Notes: generated from the letters alone by a model not told the origin. DNA of 64,000 nucleotides from Longimicrobiales bacterium (GCA_965116905.1 OZ220732.1:3808001-3872000); one strand, 5' to 3'. Counted from the stretch's first letter, positions 29,332 through 40,244 are shown. Made by a program: numbers and translations.

Positions 29332-29614
29332 ACGCACGTTGCTGCTCTCCCTCATGTCGCGGGGCAGTCTGCTGATCCCGGGACCGGCTACACAAACATC
29401 GTGTGGCTACGGCGGGATACTGCGGAAAGAAAGATGACGGGCTTCCTCTGTCGAGGTCTCGCCCTTCGTGGATGGTACTGACCGTGCAGACTTGCTCCTG
29501 ATTGGTAAGGGCGAAAACTGACAGCAAATGTCGCCGGGGTCAACATCCCGGCGAACGGCAGCCCTCCTGGAGTCGTGCGCGGGGGGCCCGTTCCCCCTGG
29601 CATTCCACGAGCCG

Positions 29615-30328
29615 CTACACCGGGATTCCGGCCGCCCGAAGCGCCAGTGCGGTTGCGAGCGGCACCACCAGATTGTCGTCCAGACCCGTCGGAAGCACCT
29701 CGAGGGTCGCGGCCGCCGCCGCGGCGAAAAGCGCCGCCGTCCATCCGACGATCGGTGTCAACACGGCGGCGGCAACGAGGAAGAACACGCACGTGCCTTC
29801 CCACGTGCCCTTCCCCAACGGGCGCTTCCCCCACAGGCGCCCGGTCACGCTCGCCGCCGGATCGGCGAACGCGAGCACCAGAATCGCGGGCACGAACAGC
29901 TGCGGCGCCGCCAGCAGCACAGCCAGCGCGCCGACCAGGAACCACGTCGAGGATGCGACCCGGTCGGCTTCCCGCGGAGAAGCGAGGCGCGAGAACAGGC
30001 GGAAGAAGGCCGTGTTCGCCTCGGCCGAGCGCAGGCGCAGCCGATCCAGGATCAGGGCTGCGGCCAGGGCGCCGCCGATACAGGTCACTGCCGCCGTCGA
30101 CTCGGCGCCCACGACGTGGACGAACACGGCGAGGGTGACACCGCCGGCCGAGTGGAACAGGCGCCGCCACGGCTGGACGCCCCGGGTCGCACCTACCGCG
30201 GCCTCAAGTCGGGCGTCGCCGCGATCACCGCCGTGTGCGGGTTTCACCGCCAGTCTGCCGGCGCCGGACGCGTGGCTAGCGCCGGGGGCGCCTTCCCGGG
30301 TCCCTCGCGCTGCCGCCGATGGGGTCAC
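29615..30328 (-). CDS. Phytol/dolichol kinase-like (cytidylyltransferase-family) membrane protein (true start possibly about 30247)
   Basis: RRLFH, FADPAASVTGRLWG, KGTWEGT, GLDDNLVVP; multiple TM segments. Confidence 0.8.
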   Translation of the reverse strand: MTPSAAARGTREGAPGASHASGAGRLAVKPAHGGDRGDARLEAAVGATRGVQPWRRLFHSAGGVTLAVFVHVVGAESTAAVTCIGGALAAALILDRLRLRSAEANTAFFRLFSRLASPREADRVASSTWFLVGALAVLLAAPQLFVPAILVLAFADPAASVTGRLWGKRPLGKGTWEGTCVFFLVAAAVLTPIVGWTAALFAAAAAATLEVLPTGLDDNLVVPLATALALRAAGIPV

Positions 30329-32903
30329 CGGGGGGAAGCGTTAGCGACGGGCCCGGCGTCGTGTTTTCGATCCGATCCTGCCAGCGGCGAATGTCCGCCG
30401 CGACCAGTCGCTCGTGCGGCGACGGATCCACCGCGGCCTCCAGCCGCCCCGCCAATCCGGCGAGCCGGTCCGACAGCACGGCCCGCGCCTCCGTCATGGT
30501 GTTGGCGCTCCCGGCCTCCTGCATCATGCGGTCGACCACGGCGCGCTGAATGGCGTGCTGCACCCGGCGGCGGTACTCGTTGCCCTCGCGGGGAGCGCCC
30601 CAGGTCGCCGCGACCAGCCGGTCGGCCACCTCTTCCAGATCCGGGTAGTCGCCCATGCTGCCATAGACGACCAGGCGCGCCATCCGCGCCGGGTGCAGGA
30701 TTTCGCCGACCGTGAAGTCGGCGGCCGCCTCGGCAGCGCCCAGCGGGTCGAAGAGCAGCTCCGTGTGGCCCGCGAAGACCTCGCCCTCCTCGTAGCGGAA
30801 CGCCGGCGGGGGAATCATCCCGACCACCTCCTCCGGCAGCGCCAGGAAGTCGACGGTGAGCGCCGAGAGGATGGTCTCCAGCGCATCCCGCTGCTCTTCA
30901 CCGGGTACGATGGTGACCGGTGTCTGGCCGTCGCCCTTCACCGCGTAGGCGTAGTCGGCACCGCCCAGCGACTGCGCCGCGGCGCGAAGCTGGAACCGGT
31001 GGTGCATGTACAGGGGCAGCAGCACGAACTCGAGGTCCGAGAGGGGCCGGCCGGTGCGGATCATCGAAGTCCCGAAGTTCTCCATTCCGATATTGCGCAC
31101 CCGGATTTCATGCTTGAGGTGGTCCACCAGGTTCGCGCCGTTGTCCCAGACGCCCGCGTAGGGGTGTCCGGCCCCGATGAAGTTGTTGTTGGAGTGGGCC
31201 ATGAAGATCAGCCCGTCACGGATGCCCTGCATGACGATCTCTTCGAGCGCCGCGGCTTCGTCGGTCCCCTCCGGAAACTCCCGGTAGAGCCAGTTGACCG
31301 AGAGCTTGTCGTATTCGCCGATCCGCTGCACGTAGGCATTGGACAGATCCAGGTTGCCGTTGCCGTCGATTTCGACATACGGCGCGGGATAGTCCATCAC
31401 GCTCTCGCGCCCGTAGGTGCTGGAGAGGTAGTTGTGGGGGAATCCGATGGTATGGCCGACCTCGTGCGCGGACAGCTGGCGGACGCGCGCCAGCGCCATC
31501 TCTACGGCGTCCGAGTTTTCGGACACCTGGGCCAGGTACTCGAAGTCGGGAGCCGCCGCGAGGAGGCACGCCGCGCCGTGGCCCGAATGGTCGCCGGCTC
31601 CCCACCACAATCCGCCGGCGGCTGGCTGACCGTCCTGCCCGCCACCCCCGACGGTGCCCGCGAACGGCGCGACCATCCCCTGACCGTGCAGGTAGTCCTG
31701 CCTCAGTCTGAGGCTGCCGAGGTTGACCACGCCCCGGATGATCTCACCCGTGCGCGGATCGGTGACGGTGTTGCCGTAGGAGTATCCCCGGGTCCGCCTG
31801 TGGGTCCAGTGGATCATGTTGTAGCGGATATCCTGCGGATCGATCCCCTCCGGCAGGACCTCGACGCGGTAGGCGTCGATGAACCCGGCGGCCTCGAAGG
31901 CTTCCTCCCACCAGGCGGCTCCGTCGACCAGCGCGCTGCGAATGGGTTCGGGGGTGCCGGGGTCCACGTAATAGACGATCGGCTCCACGGGCTCGGAGGG
32001 CGCGGGTCCCGGATTGCGCTTCTGCAGTCGGTGGCGGGCGGTCAGGCGCAGGCGCAGATCGGCGTCGATCGGCGTCGCGTAGTCGAAGATCGTGGGGCCG
32101 TTCACACCGATCCGAGGGTCGGCGACCCGGGGGCGGTATCCGTCGTCGGGGAGACGGATGAACGAGTGGTGCTGCCGCAGGGTGACCGCCTCGGGGTTCA
32201 CGGCCACGCCGCGCACCAGTCCCCCCGGGTCGTCGCCGGTGAAGGTGAGCAGCGACTCGACCTCGGTGTTCTCCGGGAACGACCTGGTGGCCGGCATGTG
32301 GATCGCCGAACGCGACGCGTCCAGCCGGAACGTGCCCTGGCCGCGCTGTGCGATCTGGCCGATCGCGTTTCGCGCGTCCCGGATGAAGAACGGGGTGGCG
32401 TCCACGAGCACGCGGTCGCCCGTCCGCGCGGCGATGTCGAAGCCCCAGTACACCGAAGGCGCAAAGGCGTCGCGCACGGCCTGCACCTCGGTGGCGTTGT
32501 CGCTCCGGGCCTGGAACTGGTAGTTGGGCTCCATGAGGAGCACGCGGGGCCCAACGCGCTTCGCCTCGAGGATATGGGTGCCGCGCAGCTGTCCCCGATC
32601 GATCCCCACCGGGTTGGAGCCCAGGCCGGAGCCCATCGAGATCTGATACAGGAACTCGCCCCCCGCGAGATCGAGTTCCCAGTAGAGCGCTCCCGCGCCA
32701 TCGTCCCAGTACATGTTGAAGAACCCCTCCATCGCCGTCATGCCGGCGGTCCTCTCGGCGATCGTGGGGGGCGTGGGGGGCGCCTGCTGCGCATTGGCCG
32801 GGGCCGTGCCGGGCCGCGTGAAGGCCGCTGCCGCGACGAGCAGCGGGAGGACCGGCGCGAGCGCGTTGCGGAGGGATCGTGTTCTGGCTGATGAAGCGGA
32901 CAT
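30276..32903 (-). CDS. Secreted zinc metalloprotease (Met-zincin, DUF5117/DUF4953 type)
   Basis: AHEVGHTIGFPHN, SVMDYP Met-turn, PIVYYVDPG, DPRTGEII; signal peptide. Confidence 0.92.
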   Translation of the reverse strand: MSASSARTRSLRNALAPVLPLLVAAAAFTRPGTAPANAQQAPPTPPTIAERTAGMTAMEGFFNMYWDDGAGALYWELDLAGGEFLYQISMGSGLGSNPVGIDRGQLRGTHILEAKRVGPRVLLMEPNYQFQARSDNATEVQAVRDAFAPSVYWGFDIAARTGDRVLVDATPFFIRDARNAIGQIAQRGQGTFRLDASRSAIHMPATRSFPENTEVESLLTFTGDDPGGLVRGVAVNPEAVTLRQHHSFIRLPDDGYRPRVADPRIGVNGPTIFDYATPIDADLRLRLTARHRLQKRNPGPAPSEPVEPIVYYVDPGTPEPIRSALVDGAAWWEEAFEAAGFIDAYRVEVLPEGIDPQDIRYNMIHWTHRRTRGYSYGNTVTDPRTGEIIRGVVNLGSLRLRQDYLHGQGMVAPFAGTVGGGGQDGQPAAGGLWWGAGDHSGHGAACLLAAAPDFEYLAQVSENSDAVEMALARVRQLSAHEVGHTIGFPHNYLSSTYGRESVMDYPAPYVEIDGNGNLDLSNAYVQRIGEYDKLSVNWLYREFPEGTDEAAALEEIVMQGIRDGLIFMAHSNNNFIGAGHPYAGVWDNGANLVDHLKHEIRVRNIGMENFGTSMIRTGRPLSDLEFVLLPLYMHHRFQLRAAAQSLGGADYAYAVKGDGQTPVTIVPGEEQRDALETILSALTVDFLALPEEVVGMIPPPAFRYEEGEVFAGHTELLFDPLGAAEAAADFTVGEILHPARMARLVVYGSMGDYPDLEEVADRLVAATWGAPREGNEYRRRVQHAIQRAVVDRMMQEAGSANTMTEARAVLSDRLAGLAGRLEAAVDPSPHERLVAADIRRWQDRIENTTPGPSLTLPPGDPIGGSARDPGRRPRR

Positions 32904-33085
32904 GTGGCTGCCTTACCCGGAGCTTTGCCGGCGAGCGAGTTGCTTGGCCCGTCGTCGTCCTCGGATGGACGAGCGGTCGTGCGTCAGGAGACTGGAAAGC
33001 GCGACCGCCGGACGCAAGGACACCGCGCCCGGTGCCCCCGTGGGCGCCCCCGTGCATCGACCCGTCCCATGGTCACACGGTCAGG

Positions 33086-34717
33086 CTAGCGTGCCTCCGC
33101 CTCCAACTCCGGCGGGACGCGCGCCAGGGTCGCCCGTTCCAGGTCGTACGCGTACGCCAGGAGATCGGCGTCGGTCCACAGGTCCCCTATGAAGGCCGCC
33201 ACGAACGGGGTGCCGTCGTCGTAGTACCCGAAGGGCACGGTGACGGTCGGCAGGCCGATGTCGTTGACGATGTTGCTCGGCAGCTCCGCGTGGTTGTTGG
33301 GCCGGTAGTCCGGGCGCTCCGGGTCCTCCACCAGTGGCCGGATGGGCTCGCCGGCCTGGGGGAAGAACAGCCCGTCGAGCGCGTTCTCGCGCAGCACCGC
33401 CCTGAACAGGGCACGGATCTCCATCCGCCACGCCTGGAACGCGTCGCCCTCCTCGGTGGCGGTGGGCGCGGCGGGTGGACGCGCGCGGCGACCGCGACGG
33501 AACTCGCGTCCAGTGAGCGCCTCCCACTCCTCGACGCTGTGGAAGGCCGCGTCGGCCCCCAGACCCAGGAGGTATACGAGCAGGTCGTGGCTGCCGACCG
33601 AGGGGACCGACGGCCGATCCTCGTACAGCTCGACCCAGCCTCGACCCGCAAAGGGGTCCTCCACGACGCTCGCGCCGCGGCTCTCGAGCACGGCGACGGC
33701 CTCGCGGTACCGGGCCTCTGTTTCGGGAGCCAACGGCAGGTACGACTCCCGCCATCCCGGGCCCACGAGGCCGAAGCGTTTGCCGGCGAGCGCCGTGGCG
33801 CTCAACGCGGCCGCGTAGCCGTCCTCGGGGATGTGTCCCACCGCCGCGTAGGTCGCGCGGTCCTCGGGCGTCGGGCCCGCGATCACGTCCAGCGTGAGGG
33901 CGGCGTCCCGCACCGTCCTGGCGATCGGACCGACGACGTCCCGGTACGTGGCGTCCATCGGCACCGTACCCTCCAGCGGGACCAGGCCGAAGGTGGGCTT
34001 GACGCCGACCAGGGCCTGCGCGGCGGCAGGGTTCTGGATCGAGCCGCCCGTTTCGGTTCCCAGACCCAGCACCGCGAAGCTGGCGTTGACCGCGGTCGCC
34101 GTGCCGCCACTGGACCCCCCGGGTACGCGGTCCACGGCGTATGGGTTGAGCGTCTCGCCCGCGACCGAACTCCGGGTCCGGGTGCCGTGCCCGGCGAAGT
34201 CGGGCATGTTGGTCTTGCCGAGGACGACCGCGCCGGCTTCCCTGAGGCGCTCCACGGCCGCGGCGTCGTCGCCGGGAATCATGTCCACGCCGCCCGTGGC
34301 CGCACTGAAGCCGTCGAAGCCCGCCGTGGTGACCAGTCCCGCGTGGTCCAGATTGTCCTTGATGACGACCGGGACGCCGTGCAGGGGCCCTCGCGGACCC
34401 GTCGTGCGGAGTTCCTCGTCGAGCGTCGCGGCGGTGGCCAGCGCGTCCGGGTTCATCGAGATGAACGCGTTGTAACGGTCCTCGTAGCGGTCGATCCGGG
34501 CCAGGAAGGCCTCCACCAGCTGGACGACCGTGTACCGGCCGGCGCGGAGATCCTCGCCGACCTGTACCGCCGTGAGCTCCACGACGTCGATGCCGGGCCC
34601 GCCGCTCGCGCCGCGGGACGCACCCGGCGCCTGGGCATGGGCATGGGACGGACGGGGCCCCCATTGCGCCGTGGCCACCAGGGCCAGAATCAGGCAGGTC
34701 CGTCGGGTGTGCGTCAT
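33086..34717 (-). CDS. Amidase signature family enzyme (secreted)
   Basis: GPLHGVPVVIKDN, VLGKTNM, PGGSSGG, GTETGGSIQNP; signal peptide. Confidence 0.92.
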   Translation of the reverse strand: MTHTRRTCLILALVATAQWGPRPSHAHAQAPGASRGASGGPGIDVVELTAVQVGEDLRAGRYTVVQLVEAFLARIDRYEDRYNAFISMNPDALATAATLDEELRTTGPRGPLHGVPVVIKDNLDHAGLVTTAGFDGFSAATGGVDMIPGDDAAAVERLREAGAVVLGKTNMPDFAGHGTRTRSSVAGETLNPYAVDRVPGGSSGGTATAVNASFAVLGLGTETGGSIQNPAAAQALVGVKPTFGLVPLEGTVPMDATYRDVVGPIARTVRDAALTLDVIAGPTPEDRATYAAVGHIPEDGYAAALSATALAGKRFGLVGPGWRESYLPLAPETEARYREAVAVLESRGASVVEDPFAGRGWVELYEDRPSVPSVGSHDLLVYLLGLGADAAFHSVEEWEALTGREFRRGRRARPPAAPTATEEGDAFQAWRMEIRALFRAVLRENALDGLFFPQAGEPIRPLVEDPERPDYRPNNHAELPSNIVNDIGLPTVTVPFGYYDDGTPFVAAFIGDLWTDADLLAYAYDLERATLARVPPELEAEAR

Positions 34718-34848
34718 TGGACGTCCTCTGCAAACCGGTGGAAGATTCGGCCAGCCCACAAAGATACGCGGTCGCCCTTCGCAACGCGCGCCGTGCGCCG
34801 CGTTGCGACCGTTTCGCCACCGAAGCCATTGCACTACCATCAGGGACC

Positions 34849-35730
34849 ATGGCCCGCTCAACCCAAGCCCTCATCCAACTGCTCGACCTGGAGCGCATCG
34901 AAGACAACATCTACCGGGGTCACAACCGGGACATCGGCTCCGGCCGGATCTTCGGGGGACAGGTGCTGGCCCAGGCGCTGGTGGCTGCGCGGCGCACCAT
35001 CGAGCAGGAAGACCGCGCGGCGCATTCCCTTCACGGCTACTTCATTCTCGAGGGCGATCTGGATATCCCCGTCGTGTACTTCGTGGACTGCCTGAGGGAC
35101 GGCAAGAGCTTCACCACGCGCAACGTCACCGCGATCCAGCACGGCAGGGCCATCTTCACCCTGTCGGCGTCCTTTCACCGCACGGAGACGAGCCTGTCCC
35201 ACCAGGCGGCGATGCCCGATGTACCGCCGCCGGAGGAACTGCGCTCCGAACTGGAGATCGTGCGCGAGGCACCGGAGAGGATCCCGGCGCGCCTGCGGGA
35301 CGTGCTCGTACAGGATCGGCCGCTGGACTTCAGGCCGGTGGACCCGTACCACCCCTTCGACCGGGAAGCACGGGCGCCGGTTCGCCGCACATGGGTCAGG
35401 TCATCCGGCTCGCTGGGCGACGACCCCGCGCACCACCAGGCCGCGCTTGCCTACGCTTCGGACTATGGCATTCTGTCGACAGCCCTCCAGCCTCATGGCC
35501 GAAACGTCCGGGACAGGGATCTGATGGCCGCCTCTCTCGACCACTCGATGTGGTTTCACCGCCCCTTCCGGGCGGACGAATGGCTCCTGTATGTCGTCGA
35601 GAGTCCCGTCGCACATGGAGCCAGGGGATTCGCGACGGGGAGCTTCTTCACACGCGACGGCAAGCTCGTGGCTTCGGCCGCGCAGGAGGGCCTGCTCCGC
35701 GTCATCACCCCAAGGAAGGACCGCCGCTAG
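34849..35730 (+). CDS. tesB: Acyl-CoA thioesterase II
   Basis: IFGGQVLAQAL, HSLHGYF, RDGKSFTTR, LAYASD, ASLDHSMWFH, AQEGL. Confidence 0.95.
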   Translation: MARSTQALIQLLDLERIEDNIYRGHNRDIGSGRIFGGQVLAQALVAARRTIEQEDRAAHSLHGYFILEGDLDIPVVYFVDCLRDGKSFTTRNVTAIQHGRAIFTLSASFHRTETSLSHQAAMPDVPPPEELRSELEIVREAPERIPARLRDVLVQDRPLDFRPVDPYHPFDREARAPVRRTWVRSSGSLGDDPAHHQAALAYASDYGILSTALQPHGRNVRDRDLMAASLDHSMWFHRPFRADEWLLYVVESPVAHGARGFATGSFFTRDGKLVASAAQEGLLRVITPRKDRR

Positions 35731-35765
35731 GCGATCCCAGGCAATTGCCCAACCCGGACCGGCCC

Positions 35766-36305
35766 ATGCGCAACCGATTCGAATCCGCCCTCCCCTTCCC
35801 CGCCTACCTTGAGACCGTCCGCCGGAACGAGGAACTCTGGCACGGACTGTACGACCGGGTCCGGGTTCCCGCGGGCGCCGTCGACGACGCGCGCTCCATT
35901 CCCGGCACCTGGCACCTGCTCGCCCTCAGCGAGGACTGGTGCGGGGACGCGATCAACATCCTGCCGGTGCTGGCCCGCCTGACCGAGGGCGTCGACCACA
36001 TGGACCTGCGGGTCCTGACCCGCGACGACAACCTCGACATCATGGACGCGCACCTGACCAACGGGACGAGCCGGTCCATCCCGGTGGTGATTCTTCTGGA
36101 CGAGGAGTACAGGGAGCGCGGGTGGTGGGGCCCGCGGCCCACCGATTTGCAGAAGTGGGTGATGGAGGAGGGCATGAAGATGGACCCGGGGCCGCGCTAC
36201 GCACGCGTCCGCCGCTACTACGCGCGTGACAAGGGGAAGGCGATACTGAAGGAAGTGCTCGACCTGATCCGCTCCGGAGGCGCGTCCGGAACCGCGGCTC
36301 GCTAA
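35766..36305 (+). CDS. Thioredoxin-fold protein (WCGD, Thioredoxin_9-like)
   Basis: LSEDWCGDA, RDDN.DIMD.HLTNG..SIP, WGPRP. Confidence 0.85.
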   Translation: MRNRFESALPFPAYLETVRRNEELWHGLYDRVRVPAGAVDDARSIPGTWHLLALSEDWCGDAINILPVLARLTEGVDHMDLRVLTRDDNLDIMDAHLTNGTSRSIPVVILLDEEYRERGWWGPRPTDLQKWVMEEGMKMDPGPRYARVRRYYARDKGKAILKEVLDLIRSGGASGTAAR

Positions 36306-36411
36306 CCTCCGCCGTTCAGATGGCGTCCTCGCCGCAACGCCCGGCCGGATTTTGCGTCGAATCCACGCGCATCTTAATGTCAGTACTGCAAATACCCTCT
36401 CCCGGCCCTCG

Positions 36412-37263
36412 ATGAGACCACTCACCCGCACTCCACTCACAGCGGTCGCCGCAGCGTGCACGGTCCTGGCGATTCCAGGATCCGGTGCATCGCAGGTCCC
36501 CCTCGGGATCCGCACCGCGAGTGGTCTGACGGTCACACCCGTCTACGAGGGCTGGTACGAAAACCCCGACGGGACGCTGAGCCTTTCGTTCGGCTACTAC
36601 AACCGGAACTTCGAAGAGATCGTCGAGCTGCCGCACGGCGCGGCCAACCACCTGGAGCCCGCGGCTTTCGACGGCGCGCAGCCCACCCGCTTCCACCCGC
36701 GGAGGCATTGGGGCGTCTTCACCGTGACGGTCCCGGCGGACTTTGGCGACCAGGCGGTCGTGTGGACCATCGATTTCCGCGGCGAGCGCAACTCGATACC
36801 GGGCCGCCTCCATCTGGACTGGCGGATCGATGCGCTCGATGGCGAGGCCGAGACCGGCAATACGCCGCCCATGCTGGCCTTTTCGGAGGACGGGGCGAGA
36901 GGCGCCGGGCCCGGAGGCCCGTGGGGCAAGCCGGTCGAGGCCGTGGTGGGCGAGTCCGTGCCGCTGACCGTCTGGGCCTGGGACGACGGCCGTTCGCGGG
37001 GCAGTGTGGTCAGGGCGGGACGCACCGGCGTTCCGGTCACGCTGACCTGGTTCAAGCACCACGGGCCGGGTGACGTGACGTTCGACGAGGACACGGCGAG
37101 GGTGCCGGTCGAGGGAGGCATGGCGACGACCAGCGCCACGTTCATGGAACCCGGCGACTATGTGATTCGCGTGAGAGCAAACGACGCATCGGGTGTGTCC
37201 ACTGCGGGCCACTCCCAGTGCTGCTGGACCAACGGATTTGTACGGGTGACCGTGACCCGCTGA
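36412..37263 (+). CDS. Conserved-looking secreted hypothetical protein with C-terminal Ig/PKD-like domain
   Basis: Signal peptide; VTPVYEGWYENPDG..SFGYYNRN, QPTRFHPRRHWGVF, ATFMEPGDYVIRVRAND, QCCWTNG. Confidence 0.7.
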   Translation: MRPLTRTPLTAVAAACTVLAIPGSGASQVPLGIRTASGLTVTPVYEGWYENPDGTLSLSFGYYNRNFEEIVELPHGAANHLEPAAFDGAQPTRFHPRRHWGVFTVTVPADFGDQAVVWTIDFRGERNSIPGRLHLDWRIDALDGEAETGNTPPMLAFSEDGARGAGPGGPWGKPVEAVVGESVPLTVWAWDDGRSRGSVVRAGRTGVPVTLTWFKHHGPGDVTFDEDTARVPVEGGMATTSATFMEPGDYVIRVRANDASGVSTAGHSQCCWTNGFVRVTVTR

Positions 37264-37277
37264 CCGAAAGAGAAACG

Positions 37278-38666
37278 ATGCACCGACATCACCGCCTGTT
37301 CCGGAATGCCGCGGCAAGTGGCGTGCTGGTGGCCGCCGCCATGTTGATCGCACGCGCGCACGCTGCGGCCCAGGATCATCCCACCTTCGCCCGCGACGTG
37401 GCCCCGATCATTCAGCAGAACTGCCAGGTCTGTCACCAGCCCGGCTCGATCGCGCCGATGTCGCTCACCAGCTATGAGGCGGTCAAGCGGTACGCCCCCC
37501 GAATCCGCGAGAAGGTGGCGGCCCGCATCATGCCCCCGTGGCACATCGACCGTTCCGTGGGAATCCAGGAGTTCAAGAACGACCGGGGCCTGAGCGATGA
37601 GGAACTCGAGACGCTGGTCACCTGGCTCGACGGCGACATGCCCTTCGGCGACGAGGCGGACATGCCTCCCCCGCCGGTGTTCCCGGACGGGAGCGAGTGG
37701 CAGTACGAGGCGCAGTTCGGCCCGCCCGACCTGGTCGTCCGGTCAGACCCGTACACTTTGCCCGCGCAGACCCAGGACAAGTGGTTCCGGCCCGAGACTC
37801 CGACCGGCCTGACCGAGGAGCGCTGGGTCAAGGCGATAGAGATCCGGCCGTCCTGGCCCGACGGACGGCGGATCGTCCATCACACGCTGGCGTACCTGGT
37901 GCAGGACGAGGACCCGGACGCCATGACCGCCGAGACCGCGGCGCTCAGCACGAGCAGCCGGGCGATGGGCGGGCCCGGGCTCTTCATGGAGTGGGCCGTC
38001 GGCAAGGTCGGCGAGATCTTCCCCGACGGTGCCGGGAAGCTCATGCTGCCGGGTTCGAAGATCCGGTGGGAAGTTCACATGCACGCGATCGGCCAGGAGG
38101 TGAAGGACAGTTACGTGGAACTCGGCATCTGGTTCTACCCGAGGGACCAGATCCCCCAGAACCGGACGCGCCTGGCGTTTTTCGACGCGACCGGTGACGA
38201 TCTCGACATCCCGCCGGGCGAGATCGCGGTCACCCAGGACTTCCACGTGCTCAAGTGGCCTTCCCGGCTGGAGAACTACCAGCCCCACATGCACATGCGG
38301 GGCAAGGCCATGGCCATGGAGGCCATCTACCCGGACGGCCGCAGGGAGATCCTGAGCCAGGTCAACAACTTCCAGTGGCAGTGGCACATCAACTACATCT
38401 ACGCCGAGCACGCGGCGCCCCTCCTCCCCGCGGGCACCACGCTGGTCTTCACCGCGTGGCACGACAACACGGCCGAGAACCCCAACAACCCCGATCACAC
38501 CCAGTGGGTCGGCTGGGGCGACCGGACCGTCGACGAGATGGCCCACGCCTGGGTCGACGTGACCTACCTCACCGAAGAGCAGTACGCCGAGGCTGTGGCC
38601 GACCGCGAGGCGGCCAGGGCCGACGACGAAACGAAGGACGGGCCGAAGGACGGGACGCACCGGTAG
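37278..38666 (+). CDS. Cytochrome c plus copper type II (PHM/DBH-like) monooxygenase-fold protein
   Basis: Signal peptide; CQVCH heme motif; MPPW; IVHH, VHMH, PHMHMRGK and DEM candidate copper-ligand motifs. Confidence 0.75.
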   Translation: MHRHHRLFRNAAASGVLVAAAMLIARAHAAAQDHPTFARDVAPIIQQNCQVCHQPGSIAPMSLTSYEAVKRYAPRIREKVAARIMPPWHIDRSVGIQEFKNDRGLSDEELETLVTWLDGDMPFGDEADMPPPPVFPDGSEWQYEAQFGPPDLVVRSDPYTLPAQTQDKWFRPETPTGLTEERWVKAIEIRPSWPDGRRIVHHTLAYLVQDEDPDAMTAETAALSTSSRAMGGPGLFMEWAVGKVGEIFPDGAGKLMLPGSKIRWEVHMHAIGQEVKDSYVELGIWFYPRDQIPQNRTRLAFFDATGDDLDIPPGEIAVTQDFHVLKWPSRLENYQPHMHMRGKAMAMEAIYPDGRREILSQVNNFQWQWHINYIYAEHAAPLLPAGTTLVFTAWHDNTAENPNNPDHTQWVGWGDRTVDEMAHAWVDVTYLTEEQYAEAVADREAARADDETKDGPKDGTHR

Positions 38667-38693
38667 GGTCCTCCCCTCCGCGCATAGATCCCC

Positions 38694-40244
38694 ATGGCGG
38701 TCGAACGACAATCGACCTCGAAGGGCCGCGCGCTCGGCCTCTGGCTCGGCCTTGGCGCCTTCGTCCTTCTCCTCGTGTTCCCCGTGGACGCCACGAACGT
38801 GCCCGCCAGCCGCCTGGCCGCGGTGGCCCTTCTCATGGCGATCTGGTGGGTCACCGACGCGATTCCGCTGTTTGCGACCGCACTGCTGCCCCTGGTCCTG
38901 TATCCGCTGCTCGGCATCATGTCCGGAGGCGACACCGCCCCGATCTACTTCAACAGCACGATCGTGCTCTTCCTGGGCGGCTTCATGATCGCCCTGACGA
39001 TGGAAAAGTGGAACCTGCACCGGCGCATCGCGCTCAACATCATCCACGCGGTCGGGGGCGGACCGGCGCGAATCGTTCTCGGATTCATGGTCGCGGCCGC
39101 GTTCCTGTCGATGTGGATTTCGAACACCGCGACCGCCGTCATGATGGTGCCGATCGGCCTCGCCATCTGCCTGCAGATCGAGAGCGAGGCAGGCCGCGAC
39201 GGCGCGCGCCACCTGTCGGTGGGCCTGATGCTGGGGATCGCGTACGGCTGCACGGTGGGCGGGCTCACGACGCTGGTGGGCACGCCTCCCAACCTGTCCT
39301 TCGTGCGCATCTTCGAGATCCTTTTCCCCGACGCGCCACCGATCGCCTTCGGACAATGGCTCATCATGGCGTTCCCGGTGGGCCTGATCATGCTGATCGT
39401 GTCCTGGTTTCTCATCACGCACGTGCTTCACCGCGTCCCGGAGGGCGTGACCATCGATCACGGGGTGGTGGAGAGGGAGCGTCAGGGCCTGGGGGCCATT
39501 TCGTTTGAGGAGCGCGCGGTGCTGGGGGTCTTCGCGGCCACGGCGCTGCTGTGGGTCTTCCGGGTCGACCTGCAGCTGGGCTTCCTCACGGTTCCGGGCT
39601 GGTCGCGCATCCTTCCCGACCCGGGCATGATCGATGACGGAACCGTTGCGATCACGCTCGCGTCCCTGCTCTTCTTCATCCCCGCGAAGAACCGGAAGAA
39701 GGGCGCGACGCGCGTCATGGGACCCGACGTGATCCCGCGCCTGCCCTGGAACATCGTGCTGCTCTTCGGCGGCGGTTTCGCGCTGGCGGCGGGCTTTCAG
39801 GAGACCGGGCTCGCGCAGCTCATCGGCAGCCAGTTCGAGGTGCTCGGCAGCCTGCCCGTATTCGTGATGATCTTGCTGGTGTGCGCGGCGCTGACCTTCC
39901 TCACGGAGTTCACCAGCAACACGGCCACGACCGAGATGGTCCTGCCGATCCTCGCGTCGGTGGCCGTGGTGACCGGCACCCATCCCCTCGTGCTGATGAT
40001 CCCCGCCACCCTGTCCGCGTCGTGCGCGTTCATGATGCCGGTGGCGACCCCGCCCAACGCGATTGTCTTCGGCAGCGACCGGATCACCGTGGGCGAGATG
40101 GCGCGCGCGGGCATCTTCCTCAACCTGATCGGCGTGCTGGTCATCGCGACCGTCGTCTTTACGGTGGGCCTGCACGTCTTCGACATCGACCCTGCAATGG
40201 TGCCGGAGTGGGCGCGGTCAATGGCGGAGGGGGCGCACGAGTAG
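38694..40244 (+). CDS. SLC13/DASS family sodium:dicarboxylate/sulfate symporter
   Basis: LSMWISNTATA, TLVGTPPN, LTEFTSNTAT, AFMMPVATPPNAIVF. Confidence 0.95.
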   Translation: MAVERQSTSKGRALGLWLGLGAFVLLLVFPVDATNVPASRLAAVALLMAIWWVTDAIPLFATALLPLVLYPLLGIMSGGDTAPIYFNSTIVLFLGGFMIALTMEKWNLHRRIALNIIHAVGGGPARIVLGFMVAAAFLSMWISNTATAVMMVPIGLAICLQIESEAGRDGARHLSVGLMLGIAYGCTVGGLTTLVGTPPNLSFVRIFEILFPDAPPIAFGQWLIMAFPVGLIMLIVSWFLITHVLHRVPEGVTIDHGVVERERQGLGAISFEERAVLGVFAATALLWVFRVDLQLGFLTVPGWSRILPDPGMIDDGTVAITLASLLFFIPAKNRKKGATRVMGPDVIPRLPWNIVLLFGGGFALAAGFQETGLAQLIGSQFEVLGSLPVFVMILLVCAALTFLTEFTSNTATTEMVLPILASVAVVTGTHPLVLMIPATLSASCAFMMPVATPPNAIVFGSDRITVGEMARAGIFLNLIGVLVIATVVFTVGLHVFDIDPAMVPEWARSMAEGAHE

